Source: the human T2T-CHM13v2.0 reference genome, Homo sapiens. Taken from it: DNA of 64,000 nt. Location of the stretch: the NCBI RefSeq assembly GCF_009914755.1, contig NC_060928.1. One strand, 5' to 3'. Below are positions 13,023-27,778 of this stretch, one piece after another. Made by a program: the position numbers and the translations under genes. The notes under the pieces were generated by a model that did no database searches, had not been told where the DNA came from, and saw only the letters and a list, made by a program, of their open reading frames with translations. The first letter of the stretch is position 1, and the number at the start of each line of letters is the position of its first letter.

Positions 13023-14422
13023 CAGAATTTATTTGCAATGGAAAGAGAGTTCTAGATGACAAACTGTTTTCCAAGCACTGAGAGTTGCTAGAAAGAGCAA
13101 TCCCGGCTCCAAAGGAAGGGAGTAGGTGAGGTAACTCTCAGATGAACCTGAATCGGGAAGAAATGTGGATACCACGGGCAGTTTTTTGAGAAACATGATT
13201 AAACATCCCAATTGTGTTTGTACAGTCTAGGAGCTTGCAGTTTAACCATTTCATACCCACCATTGTATGGGCTACCTAAGACAAGATGAACACTTTCTAG
13301 TGTGTTTATTATTTAACTTTCCTCTGGTGTAAACTTTCATTCATTTCCTTTGCCCATGTACATATCAAGGTCTTAAATGACTTTTCATCCAAATGTAAAT
13401 GTAGGTAGTTCTTTCCACCCTCTCTTTCTGCCCCTTTCTCTTTACATGACTGTAAGAGCTGCTTCCATTCACACCAGTTGTGTTAATGATCTTCTCATTT
13501 CAAATATTAATCACTTCATTTTTTAAGGATAGTTTGTGAGAAATACAGAGATCTTTCTGATCACAGAATCTGTCTTTAGGTCTTGCAACTATTTTCTTCC
13601 TTTCACTTAATATCTTTTCAAATTACTAACCCAAGACTTCAGTCCCCTCTTTTTAGCTGACAGTTTTGAATCAGGAATATTGTACCGTGTCTACGTCTCC
13701 GAAATCTAATAAGACAGAACATGCTTTTCCTGCTCTGTGGAAACGAAGGAAAGCAACTGGAGAATGCTCTAGGCCACCGTCAATGAGCCCTAACCCTTTT
13801 CAGACATCTACCATACCCCACCCCTCTCCAGGAGATGCCAGAGATATTAGCTGATTATTCAGGGCCCAGCCTGAAAAAGCGTGGTGAACCAGATGGGATA
13901 GAAAAAGCAAATCCAAATCCTCAAAAAAATTCCTTGCTGGTACCTTATACCCATGCAAAACTTTACTAGTCACAAAACCCTGTCATGTTCATCATCTTCC
14001 CCTTGGATAATCAAATAATTCTGCCCCAATGGGCAATTCTAGGCTGGCCAGGCAACACTTATTTTTGGTATTTCTGTAAATATCAAAATATCTGAAATGG
14101 AATTATTCATACCTCAAAAAATACACAGGGAATTATACACTGTGTGAAGATAGCTCATCAAAAAGGTGTTCTTGTTTATTTGGCAATCTGACCTTTAACA
14201 ACTTCCAAGGCAACTTATTATAGCATTAATTGCCTTTTATTTAACTATATTGAAGTAGAGCATCATTCCTTATGTTTATTAGCCATCTATACTTCCTCTG
14301 AGGTACTCAATACGGGCCTTTTTAGAATGGGCCCATTCTAGAGGAAAACCACAATGAGAAGAGAAGGAGGGTGAGATAGAGGATCAGGGAAGGAGAGAGG
14401 AAGAAAAGGAAGGTTTACAGGC

Positions 14423-15418
14423 TGTAGAACAGAAAAGATAAATTTCCTCAACCATCATAAGATTCATGGCTGACACCCCTGTAAAAAAAGGCAGAGCAAC
14501 AAGAGAAAAGCACAACACATGTATTTAATATAAGTTTTACATGACATGGGAACCTTCACAATGAAGACCCAAAGACTCAGGAAAAACTGGATTATTTTTA
14601 TAAACAGTCATACAGAAGTATGATGGGAGGACAAAGGTATAATGTAATGTTAATAACCTGGGGGGAACTTAGCAAGGCCCATTTGTTCAGATTCTGCTTG
14701 GCCTCTCTATGTGACATTCACTCCCTGCTGGTGTAGGGCAGTACACCTGTCAGATGAGTCTCCAGAAAAGAAAGGACAGTAAAAGTCCGAGAGCAACTGT
14801 GATCGTTAATATTGAGTGTCAACTTGACTGGATTGACGGAAGCAAAGTATTGCTGTTCCTGGGTGTACCTGTGAGGGTGTTGTCAAAGGAGATTAACATT
14901 TCAGTCCATAGACTGGGAGAGGCAGACCCATTCTCAATCTGGCAGGCACCATCTAATCAGCTGCCAGCACGGCTAGGATAAAAGCAGGCAGAGAAACGTG
15001 GAAGGACCAGACTGGCTGAGTCTTCTGGCCTATATCTTTCTCCCATACTGGATGCTTCCTGCCCTCAAACATCTGACTCCAACTTCTTCAGCTTTTGGAC
15101 TCTCGGACATTTGACCACAGACCGAAGGCTGCACTGTTGGCTTCCCTGCCTTTGAAGTTTTGGGACTCAGACTGGCTTCCGTGCTCCTCAGCTTGCAGGC
15201 GGCCTACTGTGGGACTTCACCTTGTGATCATGTGCGTCAATACTCCTTAATAAACTCCCCTTCATATATACATCTAGCCTATTAGTTCTGTCCCTCTAGA
15301 GAACCCTGACTAATACGGCAACCTTCCTGCTTCTGTGGTTTCCTCAGTTTCCTTCAGATTAAAATCCTTAGCAGACCAAGGTGCCAAATTTGGGGTTATC
15401 ATGTTTTGAGCTCCAACA
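14423..15418 (-). mobile_element. ERV1 MER4-group solo LTR (MER34/MER39-like), split by an MLT2A insertion
   Basis: TG...CA termini. The reverse complement starts tgttggagctcaaaacatgataaccccaaa. Flanks are aggc / aggt, a 4-bp TSD with one mismatch. Confidence 0.7.
14798..15317 (+). mobile_element. MLT2A (MLT2A1/A2) solo LTR of HERV-L
   Basis: tgtgatcgttaatattgagtgtcaacttga ... tagagaaccctgactaatacg. Perfect 5-bp TSD GCAAC (14793-14797 / 15318-15322). Confidence 0.92.
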
Positions 15419-16611
15419 AGGTCAGATCCCACACTTCTAGTGAAGACTTCCCCAATCTACTTCTCTCCCCTTTATTACATCTAAGGTCAAATTAGCTCTT
15501 TGGGGCCTATACCTCCTCTCAAGGATAATGTGCTTAAAAATCTAAATCCCCTTTGTCAGTTTTTCTTAGAAGACCCCTGGTCCTAGATCCTGGATCTCTC
15601 TGATATCTCATGATATTTGAGGACAAAAAGTACAAAACAGTGGAGACGTTGTTTCCCTTTAAAACATAAAACAGCAGTATTAATGCCAGTTTTTCCATAT
15701 TGTCTGTTTACCTCCACTTTGTAAACAAGTGTATTTTGAGAATGAGCTGGTTGAAGGTCACCAGGTTGAAAGTGACACAACCAAGATCTTTGCTAAGGTT
15801 TTCAGAAGGACTCAAAGCCAGTTCTTTTGACTCCTAGACTCCTGTAGCAATGTGGGCATGGGACACAGAGACTAGAAGTGAGGCATTCTGGGTTCCCCTC
15901 CCAATTTTAGCCACAGCAGCACAGTTCTGATGTTGAATATCTATTGGGGTTCTATAATATCTTATTGCCAAAAGGGTACCATTGCTGAAATAGAACTTTG
16001 GAAACCATAGCACTACACTAGGCTAGGAAGATGAGAGTAACAAATTCTACCTCTCCAGAAAGTTATGATCAAGAGAAAGCAATTGTCATTATCATCATCA
16101 AAATCGGAATATATTTGAGCTCTTCCTCTTTTAGGGCATTATATTTTTCCAGCTGCTAGAGACAAAACGGCTTTAAGACATGGCCTCATTACTTAGGAGC
16201 TAATAACTTAGTTGATAATGAGGACATTTCTAAAATGTTAAGATGTGCACTAAAAACTGGTATTTCCCAAAACAGTAATGTCCACTCAGAGTTCACTGGA
16301 AGAAGAGATCCTCCTAAAAGTTACAGTTCAAAGATGGGCTCTCTAGGATTTCAAAAATGGAAATAGTCTACAAGTATTATCCAGGGCAAATTAGAGACTG
16401 TCAATCATATGCAAAAGCACACTGGGGATCTCTGACTAATGACCCAGGAAGACGAAGGATGTTTTAATAATATCCATCTTTATTATGCTAAGTGTTGTAT
16501 ATGAACTGCCTTATTTGATCCTTACCTAAACTCAGTGGTACAGGTATTATTTTTCTCATTTGGAATAAAAGGAAACTGATGTTTAGAGGGTAAAGTGCAC
16601 AAATCAAACAT

Positions 16612-16780
16612 CAGCACTTCTCAAACCTAAATGTGCTTCAGAATTAAATACCTATGGATCTTGTTAAATGATAGATTCAATTCAATAGGTCTGGAGTGAG
16701 GCCAATATTCCCTATTTCTAACAAGCTCCCAAGGGGATGCCAAAGCTTCTGTGGCCCAGATTATTCTTTGAGTAGCCAGG
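16612..16780. mobile_element. MER5-type hAT-Charlie MITE
   Basis: cttctcaaac...cttgttaaa...gtaggtctggagtgaggcc-like core...tttctaacaagctccca...ctttgagtagc. Confidence 0.75.
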
Positions 16781-16997
16781 TTCTACACTATCATGCTTCT
16801 TACTGTGCCATTCCAGAATGAACTGGAGCTCCTGGCATATGGGCATTGAGGAGGGGAAGGGTAGGCAGGGGATACTGGGGGCAAGGGTGATAAAGAATAA
16901 TGCAGAACTGAAGGGATCTTTGGAAGATGATTTTTAGATACAGAGATAGAGTAGATAATGAAAATTTAAGATGAATATGAAAATTCTGAGTAGAAGA

Positions 16998-17400
16998 CAT
17001 TCATTTGTTTTGTCAAGAAATATTTATTGAGCATCTGTGATGTGCCAGGTCCTATGTGAGGCGCTGGGGCTACAACTCTTCAGGTGGCATAAACTTTAAT
17101 GAGAAACGAGTAGACAGCCAATTAGGATAAACATGGGAGTGGGAGAAAGAAATGAGATGCTATGGGGTTCACAGTAGAAGCAACCCCCTAGGACTGCAGA
17201 GTCAGAAAAGACTTCCCAGAAAAGTGATGTCTATGTGAAAACCTAACTTTGAATTAGAGGTAGCAAAATGAAGGTGGCAGGGTGGGAGGGAGGATTTTTC
17301 TGACCAAGGGAAGAAAACTCATGAATGCCAGGAGGTAAGCAAACCATGGCCCTGGAGGAACGGAGGAACATTTAGGATGGCTGGAGTCCAGAGGTCAATG
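16998..17400 (-). mobile_element. L2 fragment
   Basis: aaatatttattgagcatctgtgatgtgccagg...agacttcccagaaaagtgatgtct. Confidence 0.7.
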
Positions 17401-17814
17401 GAGAATCCCCAAGAAGGAAGTAGAGCAGAAAATAGAGAGGATTCATTCTTAGAAGCATGACCCACACACAGCAGCCAAACCAGTAAGCAAAGATGGGGCA
17501 AGAAGGAGGGATGTTGCTTATTCTTTCCCTCTCAGCTGTTTGGCCAACAGAAGATTGCTTGGGGACACACATGCTGAAACATGGAACTATGTCCCCAGCA
17601 CTTTGTCCTTTTGGTAAGCCTTCATTTTAGAAGATAAAATTCCTACCCTCTAAACCTCAAGGAAAAGATTATTAGATGAAGATTTTCGGGCATATTGTCA
17701 GGTCATCCCACATCTGCCAGACTTTGTGATAATGGCTAAACTGTGACTTATAAAGAAAGAACTTGGGAAATAGGAAACTGACCCTGATCTGGGGAAGAAA
17801 TGGGAAGACTACTA

Positions 17815-18070
17815 ACAACCAGCTTTTATTGAGCATGTACCATGTGACAGCACATCTTCCCAGGCATATTACTCACTTTTCTCATTTTACCTTCTCAGCA
17901 GTCCCGTACATAAGTGCTATTACCATTTCCATTCCGTAAGTAAGGAAATCAAGGTTTTAGAGAGATGAAGCCACTTTCTCATTTTTTTCCATTTTCTTGG
18001 CTAGAAATAACTGAGACTAGATTTGCGCCTAAGCTCATCTGAATCTGAAGCCCATTTTCTTAACTACTTT
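17815..18070 (-). mobile_element. MIR SINE
   Basis: tttattgagcatgtaccatgtg...aggaaatcaagg...cttaactact. Confidence 0.7.
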
Positions 18071-18477
18071 AGATAATAAAGGTTAGGTTGGAGGGAAGAA
18101 AGGACCCATCTGAAAAGTGTGGCATGGCAACTGCTTCCTCAGAGCAGTTTATCGGGTCAAGGATCTTAAAGATAGGATCTTGTCCTGTGGTGGATAAGAT
18201 GGCTTGGAAGACCCAGTGCTAAATAAACAGCTATAGCGTGGTCAGCACTCAGCAATGGCCCAAGTTGAGACCAGATCAGAGAGGACATAAAGCCAGACTG
18301 GGGTCCAGCCTGAAAATGGATTAGAACCAGTGTACAGAGTAAATTAGTCAGAATAGACTAATTTTTGCCATGGTAACAAATAGCCCCCAAATATGAGTAG
18401 GTTACCACCACAAAGATGCATTTCTCAGTCATGTAATGTCAGCTACTGGTCCAGGTATCTCTCCAGGGCAACCATCC

Positions 18478-19225
<748 letters not shown>

Positions 19226-20902
19226 GACACCACTGCCATTCTATGCCTCCTCCTTGGCTGATTCGGCAGGAATGAGCAAGACTGGAAAGACATATGCTCC
19301 TTTTACTATCTCAGCTCAGAGGTGATATCTTTCACTTCCATTCATCCTTCATTGGCCAGAATAAGTCACACGGCACCCACTTAACTGCAAGGGAGCTAAA
19401 GAAGGTAAGTATATTCCTTGCACCATGAATGGGGAAGAAATTGGACATTGATGGACACTGGTATGCCCAACCACGAGAGACTCTTAAGAGTTCCCAACAT
19501 ACCTCTCTTTATAGCGAATTACTAGAAATCCACAATCACCCTTCACCGACCACTGCCTCACACCATCCATTGGGAAGTCATCAGTTAATACAATTTAATT
19601 CCTTACATTGTCACAAGGCTGTAACTTATTTGACTTGGGAGTCTTAAATCCCCTAATCCAAGATACACCATTCTGATTATCTTTCCCAGAATTGGAACAC
19701 AGGTTTTGGGTGTTTCTGCATATGTCCTTAAATTTAAGGATACTACTTTTCCGCTTAAGTGAGCTCAAGTTTATTTCTATTCCTTCATGGCCTTCATATT
19801 TACATTTACAAATGTAAATAGCCAGCTCAGAATGAAGGACTGACAGGCATAGACATTCCTCAGGTAAATTAAATAGGGTTTGTTTATTTTAAAGATTCAG
19901 AAGAAAGTTAATAAAGTCAGAATTCATAGCAAACAGATTAGCAACATTCTCCGGGAGACACTGGGATGCAAACTTCTAGATCCTAAAGTCCTCCTTCTGG
20001 AGCCTCACATCTGAAGGAGAGTGAGGATCTCATCAGAACTTGTAGAAGTCCAAATACATCTCTCTAAAGACTCTGCTTTATCACAAAAGCTGTCCTGTGT
20101 GCAGCCTGGTTTGGATGCTTTCTGGAGATCCCCTCATCTAAGGCAGATTCATCTAATTAATCTCAATACCATATAATAGACACCATGCTTACCCAGAGTG
20201 CAGTGCAATTCTTTAAGCTCAGGGAAATGTTTAAGCAGCTTCTGAAGGGACACTGCTCAGATGGAGTCACAGGCTACGGAGGCCTCAGTCAAGCAGGACT
20301 TTCGCCTTCACCATTACAGACACTTGAATTCTAAGGGGCAAGAATGAAATAGAAAACAAGGTTAAAATTCAACCTTCAAAGTTTTTTGCTAAGCCAAATG
20401 GGGTCGAGTGCTGATATTCAAAATGCACAAGGCTTTCTTTTTTTTTCCTAAGAACACTTGTGGTCGAGAATAAAAGGTCATATCTTAAATCTCTTTAGTG
20501 ACAATTGCTCGCATGCCATCAGAATACACTTAACTCCAACTGTCCTTTCATTGTATCTTCCTTAAGAGGAGTAATGCTATTTTAATCACAATTCAGTCAC
20601 AGGAGTTGAGCACCATCTTACTGAAATGGGATGGAAATTAACGACAATCATCTCAAACAGAAGTTTAACAACAATTTATTCTGCTTAGGGACCTGAGCGA
20701 AGTAGTAGACAGAAGAGATAGAAATAATGAAAAATGGCAAAGGGTAAAATTTAAAGGACTTTACTTTCTTAAAAGACTCATAAAATTTGAATTTCAAACA
20801 GTTATAAACATATTATGTACCTTTTTTCTTAATATTATAACTTGATTTCTTATTATAGTAACATTTGCTTATTGCAAAAATACTTTTAAAATACAGATAA
20901 GA

Positions 20903-21203
<301 letters not shown>

Positions 21204-21444
21204 TATGGATAAGAAAAAGGAGAAAATAAAAATCATCTATTGTCCTGCTAACCAGAGAGATTCTGTTGACCCTATATGCGCGTATGTATCTGTCCACATC
21301 CACATCTATCTTATCTATATCTCTATGCAAACAGATATACACAGAGACACACATACAAACACATATTTACACGCAATTTTTACAAGCTGTATTGTCATTT
21401 CAAACTCTTACAATTAACAGAACATGTTAATTGTAAGAATACTA

Positions 21445-21780
21445 CTATTCATTGATATCTTGTTCTCTTCTCCTTGCAAGACTTACTTCCCTGTCCTTTG
21501 AGGTGCGATGTAGCCATTGACTTTGTCAAATTAAAATTTAAGTTGAAGTGACATATGTCACTTTGAAGTAGAAGCATTTTAGTAGTAGTGACTATCTGAT
21601 TTGCCTTTTTCCTGCTGTGACATGGAGATGGAAATATAAGAGATTTTCCCATAAGAAGGAGATATCTTGAAATGCTAAACCAACATGTGGAGGGATGAGA
21701 ACTGCCCTTAAGGGTCACCCAGTTTCGGGCCATTGTGTAAGGCACTGAGAACTTTGGAATTCTTCTCACACTAGATTATG
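21445..21780 (+). mobile_element. Old MLT1 LTR fragment
   Basis: cttccctgtcctttgagg...gaagtgacatatgtcactt...agaagcattt. Confidence 0.55.
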
Positions 21781-21814
21781 CCTATCTCCATTTATCTAGT
21801 TTATTCTAACCAGT

Positions 21815-22620
21815 AAAATTTTTAGCATTGTTCTGACATTAAATATTCTACAAAATCACTCAAATGGCTAAATTATACATCATAATGTGCAAGTGGCATA
21901 ATTTATTCAGCCAATTTTTTAGTGTTGCATATTTATTTCCATTTTATAAGTTTTTATAAACAATATGGTAAGAAATATATTTTAGTTAAATTTTTGCTCA
22001 TATTTATGTTATTTTCTTAAGCTGCAATCATAAATTGAGGAAAGTCGTTGTTCAAAAGATACACAAAACCATCAGTTTTCTTATGTATAGCGTCAAATCA
22101 CCCTCAAAAAGACTGTTGACAGCATCATCAATGGCATAAAGAATACATGATTTCTCTGTTTGGTATAAATATTCTATTTACCTACCTACCCTACTTTTGC
22201 CAAATTTAAAGGTGAAAATGGTGCCTTATTTTTTTAATTGTAATTCCATGAGTCAAATATTTTTTCATAGTTGTATAAGTTATTTGTATTTCTTCTCTTG
22301 TGAATTGTGTTTTCATTATTTTCTCATTGATTTCCTAATATCATTTATTGAATAATACTTTTCTTAAATGCTTATTCATGCCTCGAGTTTGCAAAAAGGC
22401 CTGACAGTGGGCTTTAATTCTGCCCTACTGATCAGTCCATCCATTCCCATATCATCACCAGGCTGTTTTAATTATTGCATCTTTAGACTTGTCAATATCT
22501 TATATAATATCTTGCTATTGTTTTTGACATTTTTTTGCCTATTTTTAAATATTTATTTTTCAATTTAAACTTTTAAAAATTCTACTGGGATTTTCATCTT
22601 TTCCAGGAACATTATTCAAG
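21815..22620 (-). mobile_element. Old L1ME-type fragment
   Basis: T-rich antisense L1 3' region (ttatttgtatttcttctcttgtgaattg, gttttaattattg). Confidence 0.55.
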
Positions 22621-22639
22621 TCTTATTTAATAACATGTC

Positions 22640-22875
22640 CTTCATTAATTCATTCAACAAATGTTTATTGAGCACTTAATATGAGCCAGGAATTATTTTA
22701 GGTACTGAATATAAAGAACAAATAGAATTCCTTGCCCTTATGGAGCTTATATTCTAGTGAGATAGAGATTAAGACAATGAATAAGATAAGTAAGTGCAAC
22801 AGAGAATGTTAAATAGTAGACAGAGCTAAATAAAAAAAATAAAGTTGGAAGGGGGCTTATGAAATAGCATTGTTG
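22640..22875 (-). mobile_element. L2a 3' end
   Basis: ttcattcaacaaatgtttattgagcac...cttgcccttatggagcttatattctagt. Confidence 0.85.
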
Positions 22876-22950
22876 GTGGGTTTCAATTCAAGTTCTTCAG
22901 GAAGCCAAAGTTAGAACAGAATCAGACATGTAAGAGATGCGTTGTGGGGT

Positions 22951-23429
22951 GTGAAAGTTGTAGATAACAAGATGAAATCACTTTTATCAGACCCAGACAA
23001 AATAAGGCTGGGAAGGCATGAAGGAGAGGAAGGGCATGCTTACATGCCTGAGATAAAAACCTTTCACAGGACTTTCTAAAAACCCCCGTAGAAACCCTTT
23101 CACCTTCACGTATCTCCTGCTTTGATAAGATTTATTACCAGACATTCTTTAGGACTGCAGTAAATCAGGTAAGATTCTCTCAGAACACGTGCCCAGTAAA
23201 TGGGAAATCCACCAATGAACTGACAGCAATCCTGGCTTTGAATCTCTGGAAACAATAAACTTTGTTTCTAAGCATCTTATTTAAATTCCTTTTTGCTAAT
23301 GCAAGCTTCCTTTACCCTTCCCTGGTGGTTTGCCATTCCATGCATTCCAGATTATAATCCTGATTTCTTATTCCTGAGTAAACCCAACACATTTAAAGAT
23401 AATTTTCTCTAGTGTCTTTTTTAGGTTGT
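22951..23429 (+). mobile_element. ERV1 solo LTR (MER89/MER67-like) nested in an older ERVL LTR spanning about 22885-23835
   Basis: tgtgaaagttgtagataacaagatgaaatcacttt...cagacccagacaaaata. The flanking LTR16/33-like sequence resumes after it and ends ggccaccaca. Confidence 0.6.
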
Positions 23430-24744
23430 GGGGTAGGTGGCGGGGGAGCCTGAGAAAAATATAGGAGAGAACACAGGAAAAGGCAGGAACACCGTCAGCC
23501 ACTGATGAAATCTGACATTCATAAAGAAGGAAAGGAATAAACCTCAAATGTCTTATTGAGAAAAAGAGGGGAGAGGGAAAGGACAAGAAATGGGTTGGGG
23601 GAGGAAATGGGTAAAAAAAGCCTCACACTGCTGTGCAGCCGAGAAAATCTCACCCAGCTGATGGGGAGCCTAGGCCAAAGATTTCGCAATGGAGGATTTC
23701 CACCTCTGGTAGAAATAGCCATGTGCTGGTACCCAGTCGCTCTTGCTCATTGACTGGGAGCATCCCGGGGAGGGCGTGGCCTTTACATGGTAGGCGGTAT
23801 TGGAGCCAAGCAGGTTCTCTTTCCATGGCCACCACAATGGGATAAAGTTTTGAAATTTTAAATAGGTTGATTTTGAAATGTAGTACACATACTTGCCCAT
23901 TTATTATTTAATTATAATTATTCCATAATATTGACTGATGTTATAAAGAGGGTGGGACTTTTCCATGTCATTTGAAAATTAATTATTGCTAGTAGGCAGG
24001 AAACCTACATTTTGGATATTTATTTTTTCTAAACTGCCACCTTCCTGAACTCTTATTAATTTATTTGCTTCTTTGGTTGAGATTTTCATATTTTTAAGAA
24101 CATCATCACACATAGTTTTGTCTCCCGTTTTGAATTATTCTGCTTTATTTCTTATCTTTTTGCCAAATCAGGGTTGATGACTGTGGATATGTTCATGTTC
24201 ATGGGAATCCCTTTCAGTTTTATCATTAAAGGATATTACGCTGGATGTCCTATGCCAACACATGAGAAAAAAATATACATATATATTCTTTGGTCAATTT
24301 CCTAAGAAATTCTAAATTACCAAAATTAACTTAGGAAATTGATCTGGGAACATTTTTTCACATCTTGCTATAGAACTGTAGATAATATATTCACACATTT
24401 TCCACCTCCTCTCTAATACATGATATATCTTATCATTTCTAGTGTTTGTGGTTGTGCTTTTACTTGTTCTTTTTTTTTTTTTTTTTCATTAGACTTCAAG
24501 AAGTTTCTTTCTTTTACGGGATGTTTTTTTCAAAGAATCAGCTCTTGAAAGTGTCTATCATTTCTGCATCTTTCTCTTTTATAATTTATTAATTTCTGCT
24601 TTTATCTTCAACAATCCTTGATTCATTCTCTGCATAATTGAATTTTATTTTTCACAGGCTTTTAAAAGAGAAAAAGTGAGAACTGTTGTGCCTTTTCTAG
24701 CCACATCTCTAATCATAGTTATAATCATCACATATTGCAGGTAA

Positions 24745-24975
24745 CATGGGGTTACAGTCGAGGATGTAGATTGTCTGCTATGTATTTCCTGGGTTCATAT
24801 CCCAGATATACTTTTGTCAACTGTGGGACATGGACCAGCAGTTTCCGCATGTGTAAAATAAGGATTATTATTGTAATAAAATTTAACTCATAGGGTTACT
24901 GTGAAGATTACTTGAGCTAATATTTGTAAAGCTTTCAAAACAGGGGTTGGCACACAGTAACTGCTATGTAATACA
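24745..24975 (+). mobile_element. MIR SINE
   Basis: cctgggttcatatccca...cagtttccgcatgtgtaaaata...tggcacacagtaa. Confidence 0.75.
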
Positions 24976-27670
24976 TGCATAAATTACATTTATGCAGTAC
25001 TTTATTCTTTACAAAACATCTTCACATTAATTTTCTCCCTTAGTTATAACAATCCCATGAGACAAACAATACTCATCATTACTTTTCCTATGATAAAACT
25101 GGAATGCCAATGAGTCAACTTAAATTAGTGGATGGAAGAGACAGCTCTTATGATTCTGGGATCAGCATGTGGCTTGAAGCCCAAATGACCTCTTTAGTTT
25201 AGGGTTTGTGGGGACACAGACAGAAAAGTCCGTGTTTAGCTCAGCTTTAGGCACTGGCAACAGTCACAGATTTTGAGACCCTCAGCTGGATGGTCAACCG
25301 CTCAAGACTGGGACCAGCAGCTGGAACAACTGTCAAGAAGAGCTTTAAGGTGCCAGGCTCCTGGACAAGTGAAGCCACCCTCGGCAGGAAGGTGGGACAG
25401 GACCTGGTTGAAGTGCAGGAGATGTGGGTTCTTATCCTGGTCTTGCCTCTGTCTTACTGAGTAAGTGTAAACAAGGCACTTTGCCCTGCCACATCTCCAT
25501 TTTCTCAAATACAAAACAGGGAAAATAATTTCTGCCCAGCCTCCTCCACATGACCCCTACAGGATTCAGAGGATGCTGCTGGCAGCGCAGCACTTTGAAA
25601 GTTTATGAAGTTTTCCACATAGGCAAGATGCTGTACATGTCTAAGATCTCTCCCCTCCCACTTTCTTTGCTTACACAACCAGGAAGTGAAAAGCAGATGT
25701 GGAAACCACTCTCAAACTTTGTGCCAGACCCTCAAATCTTGTGCCTAGGAAATGTCCTCCAACTTTCCCTCACACCAACAGCATCATTATCTTGGCATAG
25801 AAGAAAAAAAATCTATACATCTCTTCAAATAGACATCTAATTTCCAATTGGCTTCACCTGGACTGTGAACCATAGGAAACAGACCACAACCAAATTTTCC
25901 ACAAGCACTGTTTTCCATGCACACCCAAAACCAAGCAGGAAAGAGAGGAAATGGAAAACTCCCCTGGGCACTTAGCTCTTCATTACATTGTAAGAGTGTG
26001 AACTACCTGGGGAAAATAATCAAATTTAGGGGAGAAGAAGATTAATCCAATTCTGGTTCACATTACCAGAACTGTTTCTATAACTATATATTTCTCCAGA
26101 TTCTAGGAACTGTCCACTGAAATCATTTTACATTTTAAATCCATTGTATTTAGGTTTCGTCTTTCCCCTACAAGAACTGAATCTATCTATAAACTAACTA
26201 CCTAGTATTTTCTTGGTGAGTAGCCACTTTTATTTTCCTAAAGTGTACAGGATGGAAATTTGAAGAAGATGTGCAAATCACAACTACAAGGCAGGCAAGT
26301 GAGTAGGGGAGGCTTCTACCCTTTCTTCTGTTCCTAATAGAACCCCCTTAAAGCTCAAGAAAGAGATGTAAGCAGCTAGACATTAGAGTTCTTCCTTCTT
26401 TTGCAAGGAAAAAAGGGGGAGGGGAAGAGAGAGAGAGACTGATTTTCTGAGCACTGACAGGCTTTGTCCTTGATGAATTTCATTCTTCCTTTGTTCTATG
26501 TGTGTAAGGAGGGAGAGAATTAGAAGAAAGAGTGACAAAGAAATTGACATCCAATGGGTATGCAAAAGAGACCCTGGCTGAACTTACCATTTGAGGGCAG
26601 GGCGCCAATGATCTGTGGCCACCCGTAGATGCCAGTTATACCCTACTCAGGCTAGGAAAGGACCCACAGAGCAAAAGAACTATCTCCCAAGAGTTCCTGT
26701 GAATTAAGGTTGCTCTTAGCCAAATTTAGTACATGTCCCTAACAAAGGAAGGTTATTGTCAGGCCCAGCTGCTCTGCCCTCATCAGACATAGAGAAGTAT
26801 GTAGAGTTCAGGGCCAGCAAGCGATGAAAGGGAACCAGTGATTAGTGGGTAGCCACCAAGTGTCAGATACTTGTTAATAGACACACACAGACACACATAA
26901 AATCTCATTTAACCCAGTAGAAAGTTAGTTTCGGGATGGTAAAGGATTTTGCCTATTTTGTTCACTGTTATAGCCCTAGTGCATTGACACATAGCAAGTG
27001 CACAAGAAATATTTGTGAAATGAATAAATGGATTGTCACAACCCTATAGATATAAAATAATTACCAATCTTGTTTTAAGATGAGGCAGCTAAGTTTCAGA
27101 GATGTTGGGGAGTAGATGAGCTAGGATTCAAACCTAGCTATGTCTGGAATCCACAGCCAATGCCTCTCAGGACCCCTTGCTGTTCTCACATAACAAACTG
27201 AAATGTATACAGAACAAAGTGTGGCCAGGGTCTTAAAATCACATTCCATAAAGAATCATTGGAGAACTGAAGCATTTATCTGTGAAAAGGAACATCATAA
27301 ACTAACAAGTCATGGAGAGGCTCCTCCCCTTTCTGGAGTTTTGTTCCTCATTCGTGAGATGAAGGTTTTGGACTAGATCAGAGAACAAATAATTGACATA
27401 TGTACCATGACTCTGCCCTCCTATGACAGACATTACTCGTTGATTACAGTACTCTTTCCCACCGAATTTGGATGCAATTTCATAAATATTCTCAACAGCA
27501 CTCCATGCAACCCCACCCATGATTAAAATTGGCATGCATAATAAAGGCTGTTTGATTTCTCTAGACTAGATCATCTCTAATGTCCCTCGAATTTAGTTAT
27601 TTTTTAGGAGTTTTTTATTACTTTATTTTTCAAATGGTTTCTAATGTTAGCCTCATGAGTTATTCCATAT

Positions 27671-27778
27671 ACAGTCACTCTCTACATAACAACATTAATG
27701 TCAATGAAGACCACATATACAGCAGGGGTCCCATAAGATTATAATACCATATTTTTACTGCACCTTTTCCGTGTTTAT
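27671..27778 (+). mobile_element. Tigger3a/MER7-type DNA transposon fragment (left end only)
   Basis: acagtca...acataacaacatt...gtcaatga...ggtcccataagattataataccatatttttactg. Confidence 0.8.

Noticed and set aside
14323-14340. 18-bp perfect palindrome tagaatgggcccattcta
   Set aside because: About 64000/4^9 = 0.24 such palindromes are expected by chance in a window this size.
21546-21563. 18-bp palindrome aagtgacatatgtcactt
   Set aside because: Corresponds to a palindromic segment typical of MLT1 LTRs.
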